A stretch of 57,462 nucleotides of DNA, filler included, from Bipalium vagum (taxonomy: Eukaryota): the NCBI GenBank assembly GCA_037834085.1. It is 3 parts of 3 records of this genome, joined end to end, with 100 filler letters (N's around TTAATTAATTAA, not from the genome) between each part and the next. Parts side by side here need not be neighbours in the genome. Positions count along the whole stretch, not along the records: positions 1 to 21,429 come from JBBMKC010237786.1; 2 more parts are not named here. One strand, 5' to 3'. Shown here piece by piece: positions 1 to 13,600 of the stretch (positions are counted from its first letter, which is position 1; each line of letters opens with the position of its first letter). The translations under genes and the position numbers were made by a program. The notes under the pieces are model-generated. The model did not search any database. It saw only the letters and a list, made by a program, of their open reading frames with translations, and was not told the origin of the DNA.

Positions 1-339
1 TCCCGTTTGGATGTTAATATTTGGTTGCCTTTCTTTGATTAATAATGACTCACAGATCTTTCGTTCATCATTATTATTATCATTATTACTTATTATTAAC
101 TTAAATTTTTCTGGACATAGGAGAAAGTATTTTGTTTTCTCATTTATTTCAGATGGATATTCTAAATCAACTACATATATATAACAAATATATGAAACAA
201 GAGATTATTTGTTTTGCATTGAAAGCTGTGTTTGATTCTATATTGCCGTCGGCGAAACCCACTTCATTCCCAAGTAATGATGATTTCTTAAATTACTTTA
301 CGAAATCGGTTCTACCGCCAATAAATAGGACCTTTTATG

Positions 340-750
340 AGTTTTCATGTGTAAAGGGGATCATTCGGCAGCTGATAACGACCAGGGAGGTCGTTAACGA
401 CCAGATCAACAGTTTCCCTCTGGACGTTTAATCTCAAGTGTCTTGGGTCGTGGGACCCCAAAAACCACAGAATTCTCAAGAAGTTAGGTTTGGAAGAAGA
501 CAAAATTAATAAAATAGCTGCGAATCTTATAGCCTCTGCAATTGCAGAAAGCTATCACATCTATCTCTAACACATTAAGACTCCTTTTATTCCCACTTCT
601 TCTCTTGTCCTATACTGATATACGACATACTTATCGTACATACTTATAATAAAATCGTCATTCCTCTTATTTATTGGTACTATTATAGGTGTGTAATTGC
701 ACCAGTTATAGTGTTCACCATGTAAGAGAACCCATAACTGATTGTTATTT
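340..750 (+). mobile_element. 3' fragment of an RLE-type non-LTR retrotransposon (NeSL/Utopia/R2-like)
   Basis: 442-570 translates LGSWDPKNHRILKKLGLEEDKINKIAANLIASAIAESYHIYL*(H), resembling the LGSWDPxN...I..S..IY..H C-terminus of NeSL/Utopia-clade ORFs. It is frameshifted relative to ORF 132..431. Boundaries approximate. Confidence 0.65.
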
Positions 751-1699
751 CATATAAGACATAACCAATTTTCTTTACCGACTGACCTTTTTATGAATAA
801 TGTACTTATTGCCTTTATTTTAATTGGAATGCTGTAAATGTCTTCGTATGTTTGTGAGGGTGAGTTTGATGGAAAAAGATGACTTGTGAATTTCCCACCC
901 ATGATTCTCACCTTAGAAAAGAATGGAGGCGAGGGACTTTCACAACATCTGAAACCAGGCCTCGAAGATACCTGAACCTTCAATCAAGGCAGTTGGACTC
1001 TCAAAGAGGGAAAAGTCACTTGCGTCTGATCCATCCATGAATTCTATCATACGAAGGGTTGGAGATCACTGACTGGATAATGGTGGACCAAAGACGACTG
1101 ATGATGACCAAGGAACTAGGTCGAATTCCAGGGGAAGTACTAATTACCTATATGGGATACCAAGTGATTGAATCACAATGGGATAAATAATTAGTATCGG
1201 AACTTGATGATATCTCCAGGTTGTCCTGGACCGAGGATTGACCAGGGAACTAGGTTGATTTCTGATTGATACAGAAAATATCCTTATTATTGATGATCCT
1301 TTATGGTTGATCTCAATGGGATATAAATCCTGTTGTCATCAAAAACTTTTTTTAAAAATCAAAAACAGATGAAAAATAACTCAAAGATGTATTCAACATT
1401 TACCAGAAACTAATCAAATTGACGAAGAAACGTTTTTTGATGTGGCATAGTTTGTAATATTAAATAAATCGTTGTAAACAAAACTAATTACCTAGAATAT
1501 TTAAGTAAGCTAATAAAATAAACATTCAACATGCAAAAAGAGGAGAAAAAACTATAAGAGCCTATAAAAATATAACATAAAACTGATGTTTATCATTATG
1601 ATCAAACTTCTAAAATTTATTATATTTATGAATTTAATGGTTGTTATTTTCATGGATGTTTAAAATGTTATAAAAAAGAAGTATGTAAAAAAGAACAAC

Positions 1700-2340
1700 G
1701 TAAATTATGTAAAACAATGGAATTTTTAAATAATAGAACTTTAGAAAAAAAGAATTTCTTTTTTCATGAATTAAGTTATATTTATTATTTATACAGATAT
1801 TACATCTATTTATCTTTTGATCATTATTTTTTGAATTACTACAGTTAATATTTTTTACATAGTGATTACAGTTTATATTTATTTTTTCCATACAAGTTTT
1901 AAATAAACCAAATAATATTTTATGAAAATTTCCTATTTCCTGTTTAAAAGGTAAAACTGGTAAATGAAAATTTCCTGGTGGTAAATTTTTACATTTCATA
2001 ATTTCAAAATTTAATTTTTAACATATTCTTCTGGTGAAATACAAATATTTTTATAGGATGTCCAATTCGATATTTATCATATTTATTTGGATATAAAGAA
2101 ACAAAATCTACATATTTTATTTTTTTATTTTTCATGTATAATTGAATAGGTTCAGTTCTTCCTCCATAAGAGACATCTTTAAGTTTTAGTTTATATAAAG
2201 ATGGATCAATTTAAAACTTATTAAAATCAGAATTTTCTAAAATATATTTATCATATTCACACTACCATATTTCTATAAATTCTAAATTTGTATTTATCAT
2301 TAAAATATTTTATAATATTATTCTTTTTTCTAAAGTTCTA
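1700..2340 (-). mobile_element. Polinton/Maverick-type protein-primed DNA polymerase B fragment (degenerate)
   Basis: The minus strand gives LKDVSYGGRTEPI (about 2145-2183), YVDFVSLYPNKYDKYRIGHP (motif A) and KCKNLPPGNFHLPVLP...KILFGLFKTC (ORF 1634..1999). These are typical pPolB motifs, broken by frameshifts. Confidence 0.8.
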
Positions 2341-2499
2341 ATATTCTAAATCATCGATTAATTCCCCATGGGCATTAGTTTGTTTTAATAAAAAAGTTGT
2401 GTTACAAACGGGGTACACTTTGTTACCTAATTAAAATTGGAAAATAAAAAAACACAAAAATGGGTCATTTCAATCAAAATTTAACCATTTTTAAAGCCT

Positions 2500-3000
2500 T
2501 TTTGAAGGATTTTGAAAAAAGGAGTTTTTTCATTGAAGACGATATCTCCCAAAACTATCAATCTTTTGAAGAATTATACCCTTAGAATTTGTGAAGGAAA
2601 CAATTTTGGATAAAATTCAGTCATTCTGCTTAATTATTTTTTGCTCAATCGAAAATGGCAGTTCATCGGACCAAAGAATCGTGATGTATGTCGCAAGCGA
2701 AACGCTTCATGAAAAATGTATAAACCCTCTTTTTCCATAATATCAATCAATACTTGAACCACTTGAAATTTAATTAGCTTGAGTTTCAAATCCTTTTAGA
2801 CAATGTTCCTAACTGACTTCTTTTCAATTTTAAGGTTTCGATCTATTTTGCTAATTGATTGTCGTGGATTACGCCTGATTCTTTCGCGAACAATTTTTAT
2901 ATTGTTTTTTGAATGAGAGATTTATAAAGTGCTTCAGAATGTTCGATACCGAACTTTCATGTATTTTATTATTTCCAAACAACCGCTTTGTTTTGCAATC
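2500..3000 (-). mobile_element. Tc1/mariner superfamily (maT/DD37D-like) transposase remnant
   Basis: Minus-strand pieces IKIVRERIRRNPRQSISKI, ILWSDELPFSIEQKIIKQND and GDIVFNEKTP resemble the maT-type FSDEKxFxxE..NxQND and GKTPL motifs. Many stops. Confidence 0.6.
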
Positions 3001-3077
3001 CATTGCAACCAAAAACCAAGATATAGTATTTGTTATAAATATCTAGAAGTGGTATAAGACAATAGAAAAATATTATA

Positions 3078-3626
3078 AAGGGTTTTCCAAAAGAAGCTTT
3101 ACTACTTTTAACATATTAAATACTAAGTAGTTTTAGTTTATATACTTTTTGTAAATTAATATTTAACATTATTCTAGCTAAACATTCGAAAATTAAATAA
3201 GGATCGTTATAATATGCAACAACAGGCAGAAATTGTTAAAATATTTTATATAAAACAGTAGTTCAATTTCAGTAACAGTTAATAAATTAAATGCAAAATT
3301 TGTTGATTGGCCTCCCAGATCTCCCGATTTGACGGCTCCAGACTATTTCTTATGGGGATATCTAAAAGATAAAGTTTATATTAATCAACCAAAAACTATT
3401 ACACAACTCAAAGACAACATTTCGGAACAAATCGTTATGATCTCAATTGACTTATGCCAAAAAGTTATGCAAAATTCCATAAAATGGCCCAAACTCGTAA
3501 GGCTGCCAGAGGCGGTCATTTTAATGACATCATATTTAAAATATAATTTTTTATAATGTTTAAATAAAACTACTTGGCTTTTTAATTTTTATGCACGGAG
3601 AAAGTGACTTCTTTTGGAAGACCCTG
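3078..3626 (+). mobile_element. Internally deleted rosa/DD41D-like Tc1/mariner element with TIRs
   Basis: TIRs AAGGGTTTTCCAAAAGAAG (3078) and CTTCTTTTGGAAGACCCTG (ends 3626) are each flanked by TA. Inside is WPPRSPDLTAPDYFLWGYLKDKVY. Confidence 0.85.
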
Positions 3627-4040
3627 TAATATAAAAAATCTATAGTAGTGATTAAACTTTTATATTTAAGTAAATCATTCAAAACTTTTCCGTACTCTAT
3701 AGGATGAGACAAAATAGCCTTGATCACACCTAAGTCTTGAAAAGATATTTACAAACTGTATATAAGTAGAACATGAGTGACATAATTTTATTAATATAAA
3801 TAAAGATGGTAAAAACCTTTTCTGGATTTTCAATATTTTTTGATGTCACACAAAACATAATCAAAAATTAAAAACAAAAAAATTTTATTCGGTACCAATA
3901 CGAATTGGATGAAGCAACTATTTATTTCATTAAATGTCTTTGATAGAGTCAGTTTTTATAAATAAATGCAAACAAGTTAAAGCTAATTTCAAAAAGGATA
4001 AAGCCCATGTAGTCATTAAAATTATCGATTCAACAGTTTT

Positions 4041-4217
4041 CTATATTTCTGATTCGCTTGTCAAGGACAGGTTTCTGAGAAGCTGATTTGATTGGGCAGG
4101 TTTCGACCGACGCTTTTGTCTGTCCTTGCCTGATGTTAACAGAGCGGATGTTTCGTTGTTTCTGGAGGCAGCTGAAGAATTAAACGAATCATTGGTACTA
4201 ATGGAAGGCTGGTCAGG
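4041..4217 (-). CDS. bark: Terminal coding exon of the bark-like gene (not in the ORF track)
   Basis: Acceptor ATTTCAG| then PDQPSISTNDSFNSSAASRNNETSALLTSGKDRQKRRSKPAQSNQLLRNLSLTSESEI*. Phase 0 matches the donor at 6809. AATAAA on the minus strand at 3921-3926. Confidence 0.8.
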   Translation of the reverse strand, partial: PDQPSISTNDSFNSSAASRNNETSALLTSGKDRQKRRSKPAQSNQLLRNLSLTSESEI

Positions 4218-7200
4218 CTGAAATATTACATTATCAATTTTTTAATGTAAATCGTTTGATCAAAAGTTGAATATTGACATTTATAAAGCGTCATTTTCAT
4301 GTGCTAACGTTTCATCGACGGTGCAAAGTCTTCATATACAAATAGTACAGTTTGAGTGCAATGAATCAAGACTATCGATATCGGTTGATAGAAACGTTGA
4401 TGTTCACAGATTTATTCTAGATCTTCGAAAATCATACGATAGCAGAATATTTTTCCGATCTCAAAACTTCAAAATATGCCTACACACTTTCGCGTGAAGA
4501 TTTTTTCTTCAATGTGGACACTAATCTAACGCATATTCCAATAAAAGATACTGTGGTGCAACTCAACGCTTAAATTTTTGAAGCAATCTCAAAGCATATA
4601 TATGATATTGACACTGATTTGATAAATCATCAATATATTCACACAAGTGAGAAAAAAGTAGCAAAGTAGCCGGTTGTTTAAAATACAGATGTTTCCTGCA
4701 TTAGAGATATCTGATAATGTCAAGGAATTTCCTTAGAAAATTATCTAACAGTTACCCAAGATTACTATATTATACATGGTATTTCATAAATATGTATACA
4801 CGTTTGAAGCAAAAATAATCAAATATTTTACAACCGAATTTATTTTTTTTTCCAGACATTTATAAAATATTTATATTTTTCCAATGATTTATCTACAATA
4901 TTATATAAAAATGATTCAAGTTCATTGAAGAATTGATTAATTTTTTTTGTTTAAACGTGTAAAGATATGTATGAAACACCCTGTAGTTTATTTGCAAAAA
5001 TTTCTTAATGACAATAAAGTAATTCATAGCCTTTAAGCACCTTTCATTCTGATAGTGAAACTACTCGTACAAAACATAAAGCAATCGATTACTTGGTGAC
5101 TGAAAGCGTCGAATAGCTGACAAATTCTCACTGTGACTACTCTACTTTTCCATTATCAAAATTAAATTGTTTGGTCAGATGTTCTCATGTCCGGAAGAGG
5201 AGGATGTTAAAGAATTCCAAACAATTTTTTTTCAATGACTGATTTGATTGCATAAAACATGATCTTTTCGTAATTCAAAAAAATTTCAAATGCCTCCTGT
5301 ATAATTTGAAAATAAAATTTTTTTTTACTGAAAAATCTTTAGATTTTTGATATTTATTTAACTCTCGTTAATTCCTTGTCTCAAATTTACCACGCGATTT
5401 CTATTAAGAGATTCCGAATGTTATTGTTGAAGAAGAAATTTTAATTAAAAAAACATTAATAGGTTTATTTTAATATAAGAAGCAACTCATTACAATTACA
5501 TATGAAAGATAATATCGTTCAAATGACTGGCGAGACTTTTCTCACAAGATCTTATTCTTTCGTCAAAATTCTTTATCGTTTTCATACATGAACTCCTGTT
5601 CAATACGGACAAAAATTCGAGAACTTAGGGATAATTTTGGTCCGCAAAATCGTCCCATAGAAAAGACAATCCAAAACATTATTCAGAAATTTGAAGACAC
5701 TAGATCTGTGTTTGATATGCCTAAATCATTGAGTTTGAAAACCGCACGTTCAGATGATAATGTTGAGATAATTAAAGAAAATACAAAGGAATACCCAAAA
5801 TTGTCAATTCGACGCAGTTCACAACAGCTGGATCTTTCCCAAACATCAGTTTGCCGAATTTTACCGGAAGATTTGGAACTGAAACCATACAAAATTCAGT
5901 TGACTCAGTTTTTAAAACCCACAGACATGATGAACGTTGTATGTTTGTCCACTGGGTCCTCAAAAACAGAGAGGCTGATCGAAATTTCTGCAATAAAATC
6001 ATTTTCAGTGATGAGGCCATTCTTCTCTTCCAAAATTGTTGTATTTGGTCTTCTGAAAATCCTAGAGAAATTAAAGAGCAAATCATACATCCACAACGTG
6101 TTGCTGTTTGGTGTAGTCTTTCATCTGACAGTGTGATTGGATCTTAGTTTTTCGAGGACGAAGAAAAGAATTCATGTACAGTGAATGGGGAACGATATCT
6201 CAAAATAATAATAAATTTTCTATGGTCTCATTTGGAAAACATAAATTTAGATAAATTATGATTCCAACAAAACATATCAAACAACAATATCTTGAAGGTA
6301 AACAAAGTTTATCTCAAATTATCTCCAAAAACAGTAATATCCACTGGTCACCAAGTTCATGTAATTTGACAACGTTGGATTATTTTCTTTCGGGATATGT
6401 TAAAAGCAACCCACAAAGCATTAAACAGTTGAAAGATAATATTCAAGAAATGATTAGCGAAATTGGGTCAGACTTATCTATGCAAACAATCGTTTTGAGG
6501 AAATAAATAAGATCTTATGGAAAAAGTCTCAGCAGTCATTTGAACGATTTTATCTTTCATATATTGCTTTTTATATTAAAATAAAAATTTTTATGTTTTT
6601 AAAATTTAAATATGTTTTCCTCAACAATAACATTCGGTAGCTCTAATGAAACACTCTTTTCATATATCAAAATTTCTAAATCCCTTCATCCTCAGGTTTT
6701 CAAAAGCTTTCAACTAGTTACTTTTTTCTGTTCATGAGTAAACACAATTTTAAGTTTCTTTTTAACAAGCATGAATTGGAAAAAAATTAAAAAAAATAAA
6801 AATTCTTACAATTGAACGAATCATCATAGGTTTGTTGCGAGTCTTTACAGATGGATCCAGAAGAGGATCAACCATTGTATGCATGCGCGATGGATCTTCA
6901 TCTAAATAACCAGAAGCCAAATGAGAACGAGATCCTGTTGATCGAAATAATTGAGGAACATCAGGCTGGGACAATTTCAACTGACTGCCAGGAGGAACTT
7001 GTACAAAGAGTGCTTCCATAGATGCTCCAGAAAATGTGGTGTTTAATGTAGAAGTCTTTGGCTTACCCCTTGGATCATAAGGACTTTTTTTAGGATTGGG
7101 CATTTGGGAAACCATTTCAAGATCACGGACAATTGGAGAAGAATCGAAAGAATCTAGAGACCTCTGTAAATTGAAAGTGGATCTGTAAACTGATCTTAAG

Positions 7201-10200
7201 AATGTTAAAGAAAAACTTTTGGTTTAGTTATGGCTTCCTTAGCATCAGTCAGCGTGTTACGCCTCATTTTCATGACATCATCATCATATTTGCTTCGGGT
7301 TGATGAAAGAATTGATTGCACAGTTCCGGTAGTTGTAACATTCTTTGAATATAAATTACTGCTACTGGCCACAGTACTTCCTATTCCTGACAGATTATCA
7401 GCCTTCCAATTGACAATACCAGAATCAAAATTCAGATTCTGATTCTGGAAATGGTGTTTCAATTCCGTGCATCGAATGAGAAAGGCTTTGTGGCGCCTCT
7501 TAGAATTTCGAAACCAAAGAGCGAAGCACATCACGATAACAATAATAAATATTATTGTTAATATTATAATAGCAATTAAGATCTCCAGTTGGACAGATTT
7601 ATATACCCCATACGGAGCTAATCTTATAGTTAAGATCAGTTAAGAAAAGAAAATTCTTACATTTCTGACAAATGAACTGAATCTTCTGATCGCACTGAAA
7701 TCCTTCCAACCAGTTGGACCGTATAGCTGGGCATCGTCCAGCAAAAGGAATATAACTATGTACCCAGGCTCGAGTATTCCAGGAAAATCTATTTATCCAG
7801 TAATAATTGTTTTGCCATGATGCCATGAAGTCACCCAACCATTGAACAATGTCTCGAGAATCTTTAATATGAAGTTCAAGTTTGAGCTGAAGAAAATTGA
7901 TTAATACCTGCTAAAACGGAATCGACATCTGATTGACAAAAGTTTTGAGCTTCTTGGTAGTCCAATGGAGCACCGAAGTAAAAATAGCAGTTTTTATCAT
8001 AAAATTTCCAAGTTGGAGGGCAATAAATGCCATCACCCAAAACTGTGGTATTCGTCTAATTATATTAAATATTTAATCTTAACAAGGTTTATGATTGAAA
8101 AATTTAAAAATTACCTAGAAAATGAAAATTGTAAAAAATATTTAATGTAATTTTATTTTATCAAGATTAAAACTAAATAAGAAGATTTTATGTTGGTGAA
8201 TAAATTCGTCCTGCTTTTTGTATCATTCTGTTATTTATCCTAACTTATTATATAAAATTACCTTATATGTATAATCTTATATATCTATATATCTTGTTTA
8301 TCTAAATCAGTTGTAATAATCAATTGTCTAAAAAATCGCGTTTATTTTACATCACCCTATTCTGAGTCTTTAATATGAAATAGATTTGATAATTTTGAGA
8401 AAATGATTTATATCACCAATGCATATCTCTAAACATGTATCGAAATAGATAATTTTATAATAAAATAGAAAATTTAAAGTTTAAGTGAAGAGTTATTATA
8501 TCCATTACTATAAAGAAGTGGTACTTTTTAAAATGAAAATTACTCTAAGATAATGAACGTTATTATAAAATTTATAATTAATTATTAAAGAAATATTTAC
8601 ACATTAAATAATGTAAAACTTTAAAGTTTGGTCTTTTCTCCTTTCAAAGCAATACAAAATTGAATTCTTCGAAGCATTGACAGAAATAATATCTTCAAAT
8701 ATTTCAGTGCTAGTCCATCCAAAATATTATCAACAATTCTCTCCAAATCAATCAAATTTTTTTTGATTTTGTCGATCTACTTCTATTTTCATTAGTCTCC
8801 AAACATTTTTAATTGGGTTTAAGTCTGGAGCGTTTCCTGGCCACGGAGTAACGGCTATATTAATTGAAACTAACAAATCTCTTGTTGACTTCAAGGTATT
8901 GGGTGTTGGTAACATCTTCCTAATGCTCGATAGAGGTTTCTCTAATATTCCTTGATACGATTTGGAGTCAATCTTGCCTGGAAATTCTACCAAAATTTAT
9001 TTTCATTTGGTTCTTATAACTCCCCATACCATTAAACGCGGATTCCATTTTGGTTTTATGGTCTTGACTTGGACCAAACTCCAACACGATATAAATAATA
9101 AATATATATAATAATAAATAATAAATAAATAAATAATAAACATTCGTCCCTGAAAATCCATCGACCAAATCTTGTCTTCTGGCAATCTTTGCACCATTTT
9201 ATTCTTTTTTCTTTATGAAGTTGGATCAATTTTGGTACAAATTTTGCCCCACCTCATTTATTAGGTGTATTAGTATGATTACGGCTTTTACAAAAATTTC
9301 TTTTTCATTAAAACAAAGTCAGAATCATAATAATACACCAAATAATTATTTTCTTATTGTACTTGTAGCTGCTGTAGGACGTCCTCTCTTTTTCGTTTCA
9401 TAAGCAATTTCATTTGATGACATATGAACAATCTTCAAAGCTAATTGTGAAAGTCATCTTTTATCATTAATTCCATATCTCTCATGATTGTTTTTCTAAA
9501 TTGTCCGGTGAGTTTCAAAAACATTTTGATGTCAGTGATCCCGAGGGAAATGGGACGTCCAAGACATTGTTTTGAAGGTCTCATTTTTTAAAATGCTAGA
9601 TTTTAATAAAATTTAATTGGAATAAATGTTGTAATCAAAATTTACTATATTATAGTTTTTCCAAACAAGGTATAACAAATGAATTTCTAAAAAATCTCAT
9701 TTATCTAATTATATTCACCATTTTAAATGTTTCTCTTCAGAGGCATTTTTCTATAACAATGGGTATAACAAAAAAATCATTTAATTTTCTAGATTATTCT
9801 GTCTTAGAAATATACACTAATGAAAATATACTAAACAAAATAAGTGACTACCTTACTGATAAAATGTTATTTAATCATTATATTATGTTTTCTTTAAAGG
9901 CTGAAATATGAAATGAAATATTGAAAATTAAAAATAAAAGATTTAGTGAACAAAGAAAATCAAAGGTAATCAGAACATACTAACTGTGTAAAAGTTAGAA
10001 TAGTCCACGGGAATTAAATATTTATCATCAACTCGATCCCAAACTCGACCTTGTAAAAAATAGATAGGACTTTCACCCCACCAATTGTTAGTGGCAATAA
10101 TGGTGTCAGGGCGATAACAGACACATGAATTTCTTTCAAACATGACAACCCATCCAGTTGGGCATTCTCTTTCCAAGGGACAGGTTTTACCCGGATTAAT

Positions 10201-10587
10201 TTCAGCTTCTCTGTTTAAATATAAAGATGGTTAAGCTGAAATAAGAGATGCTAAAAAATAACTGTCAACATTATAGTTAACAAATCTGGCACATTTCATA
10301 TGATCACAATTATTATTATTAAAAGAAATTATTATTAACATTTTATTTAATAATCTTTTAAAATAAATAAAGATCATTTATTATAATTTTTGTAATTGAC
10401 TTTCAATTTGTGCAGGTTCATCAAAAGAACAACTTTTAAAATTTCATTGTTTTTATATATTATTATGTGATATTATAATTTCTTAAGTAATGTAAGCAAT
10501 ATGTCATATACTTATAATTGTTTTACTGAGCTCTAAAATCTTAGTATTTTTACACACTATTTTAATTACTACGATTTATTATTATGA

Positions 10588-10654
<67 letters not shown>

Positions 10655-13600
10655 TAGTGATAGTCTTACTTCATGATTGATCGATTTCCAACGACTAGCT
10701 CGAAATCATTTTTTAAATTACGAAAGTAATTATTATTGAAAACATTTTTGGAATTACCACAAAAAATAGTGGCAGAGCGAGTATAATTTATGGACCAGTT
10801 ATCATAAAATCCATTCCATAGGTATAGTGATTTTGTACTAATATTCTCTTCTCCACTAATATTCAGCATTACGGATGCTCGATTTTTGTTCAAATAATTA
10901 TACGCAAAGGGATTCATTGTAATTCCTTGGATTTTGATAAGATCTCTGTTCTCACAATCATTATTGGCAAAAAAGTTTCTTTCCACTCGTGCTGTACTAA
11001 TATAATTTCCTGAGTAATGAAAAAAATTATGAGACGAAATTTTTTTGATAAATGCTTTATTCTTAATTATTAATTTTAATATTAAGATAATTAAAATAAC
11101 GCAATTAATCTTTTAATAATTAAGGTTACCATCTTTTGGTGGTAGAAAAATCCTTGCTGGAATTCTTTTAACATAAAAAGTGAAATGCAATTGGCATAAA
11201 TCTTCAGAAAAACACAAATTATTCATTATTAATGGGTCATTCCATAAGCCCCATTTGGGGATGTCCCCTAAGAGTGAAATTTGCACTTTATTTAAAGATT
11301 TTATGAAATATAAGTTAATTTAAATCACTGCAGAGACATTATATTGTAATTGAGCATTGATCAACTTTTACTTTGCAAATTTTTTTCTTCTAAATTTCAT
11401 CTCAAATTTTTATGAAACTTATGCATAGTTTTAATAGGTGATATATCAACTATTATACACTAAGTAAATCAAATTTCTTTGCCATCTTGAATTCTGGAAT
11501 GAAATGAGATAATGATATGAAAAATGGCATACGCGCGGTAAGCAAATTAAATAGTCAAAAATACAAATCAGGAATTTAGTCTTTGTTAATTCCTTTTAAT
11601 TAATATAGAAGGGTCTATAAAAATATCGTTTTTAAAAAAAGGATTTAGCGACAAAAATGTGATTGAGTCATTTATGTTGCTAAATATTTTGTTTTTTAAA
11701 AACAATACTTTTAGAGACTCCTCTATATTTAGCAATACGTAGGTAAATAATATATATATATATATAATTTTTTTAATTGACCAAAAATAAAATAAAATGT
11801 TATTTCATGGATAATGAAACTGAATATTAAAGATTTGTTAAATTCCTGGTTTTGAGAGAGTTAATGTCATTGTTATTATAAAGTTAGTACAAAGATAATT
11901 ATTCTTTGTCGGACTCTATTTATCGTTGAATTAGTTACTTTAAAGGTTAGAGACTAATTGTTTTGAATGAGGAAAAATCATGACGTTTTAAAGAAATTGT
12001 TGTTGCAAGAAATACTTTTAATATATAATAATAGGAATATAATTCAAATAACGGTATTATTTTAGTTAGGATAAAATCAATATTAATAAAAAATGATAAT
12101 ATTAATGGAAAATACAAATAATATAATAATAAAATAAAATATAATAAAAGAACATAATGGAAAAAGTCAATTGATAATAATGATCTCGATCAGTAAAAAC
12201 AAAAATGAAAGCCAACAGATTGAAATCTCACCAATTAATTTCAAAGGACTTCCAAGTGTATTGTTTATTATAACATTATTAGTGAAATTCACTCTGATGG
12301 CTCTGCTGATGCCGCTGGAATACAAATGAAGTTCTAAGCCACCTCGATTTTGGCGAATATAATTGTTTGCCATATTCAACTCACGACAATTCTGAAGTCT
12401 TATTAATGCTACAGGCTCGGCCGTAATATTTAGCAAAGGACTTCCTCCATTATCGATAAATCGATTGTAATAAACATCTATTAACGGATTCATTTCGCCA
12501 ACCGCAGAAATCTGAATTCCACCTCCCTGATTTCTGGTGAAACTCGATTCAGCAATGCGATGCAACGTAAACTCATTAACATCCGGAAAATTAATATCCG
12601 GAGAAATCGGAACTGTTACAACTTCCATAATGAAACCATGATATTCACTGGCAGGACTGGCGTGTAAATGCAATCCCAAAATATCATAGCCTAATTTGGT
12701 CACATAAGGAGGCGAATTAAAACTGGAGTAAAAACCATAACCATCATCATCGGGAATAATTTTTGCATTGAGATACGCGAGCAATTCAGTGGTGTTGAAA
12801 GCTTCTCCATTGAATAGTTCGATGGAATTTTTGGTAAACGGATCATAAAATAAGTTGAATTGAAGAAATCTCACAGCAATTTGCTTATTTGGAATTTTGC
12901 TTCGAATCAACTTTGTGCAGGCGATAGTTCTATACGAATAACGATAGTACAAAATTAATCGATCATTTACATAAATATCTTTATCAATATCACACATGTC
13001 TGTCAATCCCAAGACATTCGAAGGCAATGGTGATAGGCGCATGGGTAACAGTTGTTTGACACCACTAAGAGGATCAGTGGAATCACCATTCAACAAGGTA
13101 ATGGATGCTCCATATCCAATATTATCGACAAAACTGGAATTGGTGATGTGCACATAGATTTTCGGTGCAATAATATCGATTCCATTCCAAGCACATTTAT
13201 CAATATTGACAAATTTTATGGAAGGACTGGCATACGTTGTCTGAATTGCTGATACAAGTTCCCCATGAAGTACACCGGCTTTTGTTATATTAGTATATTC
13301 AATATAAGACCGGTCATCCTCGCTTGGTCGACTAGCCAGACCAGATTCCGGAGCAACAATTCTAATGTTTCCCCAAAACCTTTCATTTTTTTCGAGAAAA
13401 TCTCGCTCACATTTCAGAAAAACAAATTCTCTTCTTACCAAACACTGAAAAGCATTGTAATTCAGTCTTTGAACACAGTCATTAATCACAGATTCGAAGC
13501 CTCGACAAGCATAACGTGTATTCCAAATATATTTCACCACAAAAGGATTATCATATCCATACAACTGATAATCCACCAGATAACTTCGACGAATTCTCGG

